This document shows, piece by piece, positions 54,552-64,000 of a DNA stretch of 64,000 nt. The translations under genes were made by a program, and so were the position numbers. Position 1 is the first letter of the stretch. Every line of letters begins with the position of its first letter. The stretch lies in sequence record MK250021.1. One strand, written 5' to 3'. The notes beneath the pieces were generated by a model, which was given only the letters and a program-made list of their open reading frames with translations, was not told the DNA's origin and ran no database searches.

Positions 54552-54841
54552 CAAATTTATATAGATAAAAAGATTCTGGTGATTAGATAAAACATTATAA
54601 GAAAAGAGAAAAAACTTAGGTAACTGCAGATAACTAAGGGTCGTAAGAGTATATGAAGAAAGATGAACTATGGATACCTCCTTATAATGCGTTTTATCAA
54701 TAATTAAAGTAGTCTATAATATAAGTTCATTAACGTTATAGAAAAAACGAATATTGATAAGTCTACTATGCAGATGGGGCATTGAGAATGCCGTATAGTT
54801 CTAAAGCATCGTAAAACAGTTTATTTATATATTTTTAATAT

Positions 54842-54916
54842 GGCTAGATAGCTCAGTTCGGTTAGAGCGCGTGATTCATATCCACGAGGTCGTGTGTTCG
54901 ATCCACACTCTTGCTA
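54842..54916 (+). tRNA. tRNA-Met or Ile2 (CAT)
   Basis: ggctaga/tcttgct; loop ttCATat; T arm gtgtg-ttcgatc-cacac. Confidence 0.85.
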
Positions 54917-54995
54917 CAGTGTTTTTAGTTGTTTATTAATGATTTGAGATATATCAATTTTTGGTATATCTCTTTTTTATTTAGAAAATAATTTG

Positions 54996-55003
54996 TATCT
55001 TTG
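54996..55003 (+). promoter_or_regulatory. Bacteroidota sigmaA -7 element
   Basis: TATCTTTG before 55030. Confidence 0.7.
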
Positions 55004-55029
55004 TATTATTAATTTAAATTTAATAGATT

Positions 55030-55521
55030 ATGAAGAAATATAAAGTATATCAACTTCGTCGAGAAAATGAAGTTATTATCGATGATAATGAAATATATGA
55101 TGCAAGAATGAAAGTTATTGCAGAGTATGAAATTAAATCAGATAGAATTGATTTTGATATTATTTCAGAAGATATATGGCATTTATGTAATGTTCATTGT
55201 TGGGATAGATCATGGCATGCAGGTGAAGGTGTTCAGAAAGATGATATTATATTAACTCCTACATCTGACTTTGATGGTTTCTGTAATAGTGATATTGTCG
55301 TAGAAACCGAAGATGGACTTTATCTTGCAGAATCATTTGGATTTATGAAAGTAAATTCGTTAGAAGATGCATCATATAGAATCATTGCGAGATTTCCGTT
55401 TATTTCGTGGGATAATATGAGAAATAAGAATGAATATGATAAAGATAAACTATCTGAAGTAAAACGTAAGATTGATTATGAGAATAAATTGATGTTAGAA
55501 GAATATAAAAATAAAAAATAA
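55030..55521 (+). CDS. Hypothetical protein
   Basis: Track ORF. Confidence 0.8.
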   Translation: MKKYKVYQLRRENEVIIDDNEIYDARMKVIAEYEIKSDRIDFDIISEDIWHLCNVHCWDRSWHAGEGVQKDDIILTPTSDFDGFCNSDIVVETEDGLYLAESFGFMKVNSLEDASYRIIARFPFISWDNMRNKNEYDKDKLSEVKRKIDYENKLMLEEYKNKK

Positions 55522-55571
55522 TTTTTTGGAATAATTTCTCCTAAATATTTTTTTATTTAAAAAAGAACATG

Positions 55572-55579
55572 TATCTTTG
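55572..55579 (+). promoter_or_regulatory. Bacteroidota sigmaA -7 element
   Basis: TATCTTTG before 55627. Confidence 0.7.
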
Positions 55580-55626
55580 TATTGTAAATAATAAACATAT
55601 AATAAACAATTAAAAATATAAAAATT

Positions 55627-56064
55627 ATGGCAACAGTTAAGATTTCTCCAGCACAGGTTTTTCCAGTAGCAAACAAGATTCGTGCAGCAAAGCACATCTC
55701 AATGAAGGAAGCATACGCAGAAGCAAAGGCACAGCTTATTGCTGAAGCAGAGAATGCAGTTAAGACAGCAGAGACTGTAGTTGAAGTACCTACTAATGTT
55801 GTAGAGATTCCTGTAAATATGGAGTTGCATGCACAGCTTGTAGAGAAGATGCAGAATGCAAATGTAAAGTTCGTATTCTTGAACAATAAGGGTAAGAAGA
55901 TTATCACTACTGGTACTTTGAATATGTCAAAGGTTCCTACAAACCGTAAGGTACAGGGACGTAAGGAAGCAAAAGATGAGAACACACAGGTATTCTATGA
56001 TGTTCGTCATGGTGTATATCGTTCATACCAGAAGGATAAGTTGGTAGAGATTATCTCTAAGTAA
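55627..56064 (+). CDS. DUF2693-like SH3-barrel protein
   Basis: VKFVF..KGK...TGTL...VFYDVRHGVYRSY. Confidence 0.65.
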   Translation: MATVKISPAQVFPVANKIRAAKHISMKEAYAEAKAQLIAEAENAVKTAETVVEVPTNVVEIPVNMELHAQLVEKMQNANVKFVFLNNKGKKIITTGTLNMSKVPTNRKVQGRKEAKDENTQVFYDVRHGVYRSYQKDKLVEIISK

Positions 56065-56457
56065 AATATTAAGTTATTAGTAACAAAAGGAAATAACAGG
56101 TTGTTTATTGAATGTAGACAATTTGTTATTTCCTTTATATAATATATAAATCGTTTCTGATAATAAATATAGAAGTGATTTTTATTTAATATGTTTATGA
56201 ACTGATATTTTGCTAAGCATATGTCTGAATTGGAAAGCATATGTAATTTTCGTGCAATGTTCAATTTTAATTAATTTTAATTTTGATAGGTTAAGGAGTA
56301 AGCCTATAAGTGCGAATAATAAAGTCGTATTGAAAATCAAATTTTGATTCCATAAAAGTTGGAATATGGTTTTTGAAGGCTAAGATGAAGTTATAAGAGA
56401 TATTTGATATATTTCTTTTCATCGAATAATAAAAAATAACATAGAAACAATTAATTT

Positions 56458-57060
56458 ATGAAGAAAAAAATGATGTTAAAGAAAATTTTATTATTTACGC
56501 TATTGTTTTTATTACCTTTCATATCAATAAATGCCAGAACTATTGATAGTAATAATAATGCGTATGAAGAAGTAAATACAAAGGCAACTACAGTAGTTAA
56601 ACATACAAAGTCTAGTATTGAAAATTCACTAGTAGAAGAAGCTAGAACATATATCAAGTCGTTATATCCTGGTTGTCCAGATATAATTCCTAGTTATATT
56701 GTGAAAGCAGGTTTAGCAAATGGTATTGATATTTGTTTTATGCTTGCTCAAACTCAATTAGAAACTACCTTTGGAAAGGCAGGTGTGGGAAGAACAACCT
56801 CAAGACGTTCTTTGTTTGGTATCGAGAAAAGATACTATAAAAATTATAAAGAGGCTATTAATGCGTATGTAGACACATTAAGAACCAAATATTTAGTAAA
56901 AGGCCGTACAGAACAACATCTTATGAATAATTATGTTAATAAAGACGGTCATCGTTATGCTGGTAATCCTAAGTACGAAAGTCAACTTAAGAAACATTAT
57001 AATACAATTGCGTCTAAAACAAAAATAAAGCAATTGCAACACCAGTACAAGAGATTATAA
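56458..57060 (+). CDS. Glucosaminidase-like cell-wall hydrolase with N-terminal signal/anchor
   Basis: LAQTQLETTFG, SLFG, YAGNPKY; hydrophobic N-terminus. Confidence 0.75.
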   Translation: MKKKMMLKKILLFTLLFLLPFISINARTIDSNNNAYEEVNTKATTVVKHTKSSIENSLVEEARTYIKSLYPGCPDIIPSYIVKAGLANGIDICFMLAQTQLETTFGKAGVGRTTSRRSLFGIEKRYYKNYKEAINAYVDTLRTKYLVKGRTEQHLMNNYVNKDGHRYAGNPKYESQLKKHYNTIASKTKIKQLQHQYKRL

Positions 57061-57187
57061 TTTTGAATAATCTCAAATCTTCTAGCAAATCAATTTATTC
57101 ATATTAAATATAAAATAAGGGTGATGTTCATATTATTTGAGCATTACCCTTTTCTAATAAATATAATAAAGAATTTTTATTAAACAG

Positions 57188-58027
57188 ATGGCTTTATTCT
57201 TAAACAACAATATGCAATATGGTTCTGATAATAAGACATATAGTGATTCTATTGTAATGTGTTATAATAAATAGTTTTTCTCTGATTATGACGCAGCCAA
57301 AGAAGCGTTAATAAATAAAAACTCATTACCTGGTGAAGTTACATTTGCTTATTATTATGATAAAAATTCAGAGTATGGTCAAAACGCCATTTTTTCTGTA
57401 GGTCCATTAACACAAGGTTCAAATATCATATATAAAAATGCTAATGAAATAGATGCAGTCGTAGATTCTTTAAATGAAACTATTGCAGATATAAATTCAA
57501 GTATATCTAATATAGAATAGAATATAAATGTAAGCATAGATTTATATAATACATCTATAAATACATCATTATCTTATATTTCTGATTATATATTAAATAT
57601 AGAAAATGAAATATAGTTATTAGATGCATCAAATAATGCAAAACATAATGAAATTATAACATATATGGATGATGTTTCTAATAATTTATCTTAGAAAATT
57701 AATAAGACATCAAATAATATAATTCAATATATTAATACAACAATATATAAATTAATTTCTGATAATAACACATCAACAAATTAGAATATAATAGATACAA
57801 GTACAGCATTGCATGAAATTATATATAATTATAAAGATGAATTAAATAGTACAATTAATGATATATCTATACGTCTAAATAATTTTAGTTTAACAAATAA
57901 TATTATTTAGGTTCCAAAAAATACAGAAGATATATCAATATTGACTCATCGTTTATTAAAAATAGAAGATGATATTTTACATATAAAAACTAAATTAAAT
58001 ATGACAGAAAATAATTATGGAATATAA
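57188..58027 (+). CDS. Coiled-coil structural protein, 279 aa; code 15
   Basis: ATG 57188 to TAA 58025; several TAG; absent from track. Confidence 0.8.
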
Positions 58028-60992
58028 AAGTAAATTAGTTTAGGAATTAATTTCTATTTTGGATAAACGAACATATCTCGCAAAGTAGGAATTAAATAAA
58101 GCTATTAATTTTGTAAAAACATATGATACATCTATAACAAATTTTATAAATAATGACTAGTTAAGATAGGATAATGTTGTAAATAACAGAATAGATGAAT
58201 TATCTAGAAAACATACATCTGATTTAACAACTTTAAATAATAATATAGATGATAAATTTACAAATGTAAAATCAGAAGTTAATAAATCAATTAAAGACAC
58301 AAAACGTGAATTAGAACAAAATATCATCAATACAAAAAATGATACATATGATTATATCGATGATTAGCAGGATTTAACAGATAGATCAATAAGATCTATT
58401 GATACTAAATATAAATTATTAGTTGACGATTTATCTACAAGAACAGATACGAGTATACATGATTTATATACAAAGCTTACTAATGGTATTGATGATTTAT
58501 ATTAGAAGTATGATGCATCGATAAAAGATATATCAAGTCGTGTAGATTCATCTTTTAGAACAATGATACATTATATAGATACATCCGTAGCAATTCTAAG
58601 AGAACAAACTATTACAAATGCAAAAATATTAGAAGATAATTTAAATGCATCTATTAATAGAATTAAAGGCGGATTAGATGTTAATATTACAAATATATAT
58701 GATTATATAGACGATTAGTTAGATGATATTGATAATAAATTTGGTGATATTAAAAAAGAACAAAATGTTCAAAATATATCCATAAATGATATAAGTTCTA
58801 ATGTTGATATTAAATATAAGTATTTAGAGACATTAATTAATAAATCATCCGGTGATATGGGTGATATAGTTGTAGATGGTATAGCGGGATTAAATAAAAA
58901 AATCGAAGAACTGACATTAACAGTTAATAATAATTATACTGATGTTACCGGGAAAATTAATAATACAAATACAAGTGTAACAAAATTGGAAGAAGGAACT
59001 TCTTCCATTTCTGATACATTAAAAAACCATATAAAAGAAGCTAAAGAATATTAGAATAATACAAATAGTAGTATTAGAACAATAAATTCATCTGTTAATG
59101 ATTTGGAAAATCTCACAAATAAGTTAAAAACAACAGTTTCTGAACATACAGATAATATAGGAGATTTAAAGAAAAAAGTAGTTAAAAATATAGAAAATAT
59201 AGATAACGCTAATACATCTATTAATATATTAGAAAGAACTACAAAAAATATAAGTACCGATTTAAATTCATTAAATAAAAAATTTGATACTTTAGTTAAT
59301 TCAGAAAACACTAATAATGTTATAGACACATTTAAGGAAGTAGAAAGTTTTCTTGATTCTATATCAGATTCAAGTACATTAACAGAAATGTTAAAAAATA
59401 TGTCTGATGATATTAGTAATAATATTAATATAAAAATAGAAGAATTAAATAAAAATATTACTGATATTAAAACTGATATTACAGGAAATGTTTCTATAGA
59501 TATTAATGCTATTAAAGATACAATAAAAATAATTAATACATCTATTAATAAAATAGATTCATCATTATTAGATATTAGTACCAAGTTAAATTCATCTATT
59601 AATGAAGTATATAATTATGTCAATACTGTAGTAATTAATAATATTAATAGTTCATTTAATACAGTTAATACATCAATATTAGATATATCTAATAGATTAA
59701 ATAATTTAAATAAGTCTTATAATAAGACTTTAATTTTTGCAAATGATATTAATTCATCATTAAATGATATTTCTACAAAATTCAATGAATTTAAAGACAA
59801 TATAATAACTAATAATGAAAATATAAATAGTTCAATAATTAATATAAATTCATCTATTTTAATTATTGATAATTCTATAGATCTTATTAATACATCTATT
59901 TTAGATATATCATCAAAGTTAAATGATGCTACTAACAATTTAACAAATACAACAAGTAGAGTTGCAAATTTAGAATTAAATAATGTTACAAGTTTAACTA
60001 ATACTACAGGTACGGAAACAAATATATGGAATGATGATAATTAGATAAACCAAAATTCATATGTCATTGATAAAAATATATTTAATGTCACAGAAAACGG
60101 AGTTAAAATAGAAAAAGAGATAAAAACAGTAAATCCTAATATTATAAAGGAAATTACAAATAATGAGAAAATAATAACATCTACATTAAATAATATTAAT
60201 TCAAGTATTAATATTATAAATACTAGTGTAAATACATTAGAAACAAACATTGATTCAATTAAAAATGAATTTGAAAATATTGATGTATTAAATACAGAAT
60301 ATTTTAATAATAAAAATGAAGAAACGACAAATGGATTTAATACTATAGGTACATGCTTTGATTTTATTATTGATAATATGTATTATAAAAAGCCAGAAAA
60401 TATTAATGTGTCATTTAATGTTTCACCAACTAATATTATAAAAGGTAAACGTACAAATGTAATATTTACATATAAAATTAATAATTATACAGATTATATT
60501 GAAGATATTAAATATAATAATATCAATACAGATTTATTAGAAAATACAGAAAATTTAATAATAAGTGATAATATTAGCAGAGTATTATATATAAAAACAA
60601 ATTATAAAGATAAGAAAGGTGCATAGCCTGAAAATAATCCTTATAATATTACGAAAACAGTTATAGCAACATCAGAATTATATTATTGGACATCTGATAA
60701 TATAGTATTTGAATCTAATTATACAAATGAAAATAAACCTAATTGGGTCTTATATACAGGAACATCATTTACATTTGATAATAAAGGTATTAACAAATAT
60801 GTGTTCTTTGTATCAACATTAAATAAGCAGGAATCTGAATTCTTTATTTATAAGCATGGTAGTAGTCCTACATTAGGCGGTGGTATTACAAATTTGGGCA
60901 AAATAACAATTAAAATATATGATGATATACTTACCTATTATTTATATAGAACGAATAATGTATTAGGAGGTAATTATGATATTAAATTTTAA
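58017..60992 (+). CDS. Long coiled-coil fibre-like protein, 991 aa; code 15
   Basis: Track ORFs 58857, 59103, 60378, 60801 share one frame joined at TAG; ends TAA. Confidence 0.85.
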
Positions 60993-61020
60993 TTTATAAA
61001 TATAAAAATATAATATTAAT

Positions 61021-64000
61021 ATGGCAATACAATTAGCAGATACACTAAGAACTGATAATAATACATATCCCATAGCATTGTCAGAAGAAATAAAAGGTGG
61101 TATGCGTGGCGTTGAAACTGTTGATGATTTATAGAAAATAAATAGTGCTTTAATATCTTCTGGTATGCTTGTTTGGGTAGATTCTGAAAAATCATATTAT
61201 AAGTATACAGATAGTGAATGGAGTATATTAAAAACAGGTTCAATGGGAAATGATAGTGTATAGATATTTACATCTAAACAAATAAAAATTTTAAAAGAAC
61301 AAGATGCATTACCTGAATAGTATATATGGATACGTACAAAGGATGATATAGATTATGATGGTGAAATAACAGATAATATATATAAAACCACAAAAAATGG
61401 CAATTACATTGATATTTTATTTCAAGCTATAAGGCAGTTACAAACAGAAGTTGCTAAAATGAGAAATACATTCAAATATGGTATGTATTCTTGCACCAAT
61501 AAAGAAATGGCAATATCAAATGTTGTTAATGATATGAAAGTAACAGCTGCAGAAGAACCATTATGGGCAATTGAGGAAGATGGACTATCCTATATAGATT
61601 CAATAGATTTTAGTGGTAATATAAGCTTAATTAATAAAGATGACGCAATATCTATAGATAATACTTCTGGTACTTATTATGATATAAATACAAAATTATC
61701 AGATAAAAAAATATTTTGGAGTCATCAACCATCCGAGACTGATGATGATCTTGTAGGTACATGTGAAGATCCAAAATTATTTATATATTTAACTATAGGT
61801 ATTAAATAGATTTAGTCATTAAAATATTTTTTAGATTTTTCTTTGGAACTTGAAACAAACGAGAAAATAGAAGATGATGAAAATGATGAAACGCATCAAT
61901 CTCAAAATATTTTAGGAGACATAACATTTAATAATTTATTACAATCTTCATATGATACTGTTAATATAATGTTATTATTAAACAGAAAATAGGAGAAAAA
62001 TGGTTAGTTGTATGGTAATAATTATTTATATGTTTCTATCAGTGATTATATAACTAATAATGTTATTTTATCTGGATATTATAATCCAGATGATAAACAA
62101 TTACATAAGGATATACAAGAATTAAAATACCAATATTTTTTTAGTAAAATATATTTTGGTAATATTATATTAAGTAAATTTACGATATATTCAAGATATT
62201 AGGATTTTACAAAATTTATAAATGAAACTGATAAGTCTATTAAACCGAATATACCAAATGATAGTGACTATAGATATAAAGTAGCACATATAACAATTCG
62301 TTCTGTTACGGATGAAAAAGAATTATCGGAAATAAAACAATATTTACCTAGTAATGAATTAATATGGGTAGAAGAAACGAGAACATTATGGATTAAAACT
62401 AAAAATAAAGTTATACAAATTGGTGGCAATGGTTCATCAAGTGGTGATGACGATAATAAAGATAATATGACAAAAGAAGAATTAATAACAGCTCTACAAG
62501 AAATGGGTATTATTTATGAATCTGACAATGGATTAGAATTATAGCAAGCAAAAGTAGAAGATATTACTTTTGTAAATTCTAATTTATCAGAAAAATATGT
62601 ATATTCATTAGATTCCGAAGGAAATTTACATTCATCAGTTATTCCAGAAACAACTTTGAAAAATAGAATTGATGACTCTAATTTATATGATAATAATACA
62701 ACGGTTGGAAGTAAAATGAATATCCGTGGATTTGTAGCGAATCTTGTATGTAAAGAACATGGCAAAGATGCAAATTCAACTGGTGCAATTATGGATGAAA
62801 CAGACCGTATTCATATTTCTCAATTCTATGCGCCATTATCAACGGATATTGAAGAAGGAAAAATAGGATGTTCACATGCATTCATTGAATTGACAAATAC
62901 ATCAAAATACGATTTTCAATTAGATGGATGTTATTTGCATTTCTTTAGTTTAAGCGATCAATCAAAAGAAACATATTATAAATTAGCGTTATCTGGAGTA
63001 ATACCTGCAGGAAATACTTTCTTAATCAGGGGGAAAAAATATATAGATTATAAAAATTCAAATGTATTTATAAAAGTAGAATCATATGATTAGGAATGGT
63101 TTACTGATAAAGATACATTAATAGATTTAACAGTAAACGTATCTTATAAAGCATATGGATTAGCTTTAACATATGGAGATACCGTAAATGGTGAATCCAT
63201 TACGCCTACAACAATATTAGCAAAAACGGATACATCAAAAACATGTTTATATGTTGATAATTATATAGATGGTATTTTATATTCTATTTCGGCAGCAAAT
63301 ATACCAGAATCGCATAGAAGATGGGCGATATATCAAGCGGGATATAATGTTCAATCAAATAGTTTATTTAGAGAAACATTTTTGTTAGATCCTGCAAAAC
63401 AAGGTTTTCAAGCATTACAATCAGCATGTAAAGATACTTCAAGATCAAGACATGCAAAAGATACTGACTTTACAATGTTATCATTGGCAAATGAATTTAT
63501 AGAATTCCCTAAATCTTATAATATAAAAGCAGTATCAGATTATACTCCAAAAGCATCTTATGAACATAAAACAGTTATTACTGAAAAATCAAATATTGAT
63601 TTAAATAAACCAAATATGATTACATGTGCATTTGGTATAGATATGTTAAAAACAAGATGTTTTAACTGGATTTCTGGTGGTATATTTGATGAATTCATTT
63701 GGATAAGAGAAAAAGGTACATCAGAATGGTAGTGTAGATATGAATCGTATACAAGTTCTAAATGCTCTATATAGACAGAAAAAATAAATGAAAGTATTAC
63801 AAAGAAAACTTTTGATGAAACCGATCAAAAATAGAAAGAAGTTAAACAATATATTTATGATAGAATAACCGGAATATTTCCTGGTACAAAAACACAATAT
63901 ACTGCGCATAAAGTAATAATAAATTTACCAACTCCTTCTTCTAGTACTAAAGTATATGAATATTGTGTAGGGCGTTCATTATTAAATGGTAACCCTGATC
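61021..64000 (+). CDS. Large virion/fibre protein, >993 aa, partial; lamin-tail-like and phosphatase-N-like segments; code 15
   Basis: Four track fragments in one frame; MAIQLADTL; HAFIELTNTS..QLDGCYLHF; HKVIINLP...YEYCVGR. Confidence 0.8.

Noticed and set aside
1-64000. CRISPR array, reverse transcriptase/DGR, rRNA, transposase
   Set aside because: No spaced direct repeats or diagnostic motifs seen

Overview
64 kb AT-rich fragment of a very large T4-like tailed phage of Bacteroidota, best matching a Lak-type megaphage (inferred, not searched). It uses genetic code 15 (TAG=Gln). Most fragments in the supplied ORF track end at TAG and rejoin in one frame, canonical motifs need Gln there (GIY-YIG YIG-TAG-S = YIGQS), and a CUA-anticodon tRNA with Gln-type acceptor lies at 43547-43618. 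Content: amber-rich structural genes (a >2400-aa ORF, portal, tail-tube-like, coiled-coil fibres); a UvsW-like helicase fractured by a split intein around a homing endonuclease; dnaK interrupted by a group I intron, plus dnaJ and grpE; an amber-interrupted gp55-like late sigma factor; five putative homing endonucleases; RNA ligase, Fhs, Prs, GT25, C1 protease and glucosaminidase; tmRNA; and a tRNA/ncRNA cluster (51.8-54.9 kb) with an attenuator-like leader and several unexplained structured RNAs. An N gap spans 12765-13140. All calls come from manual translation and folding; no database search was run.
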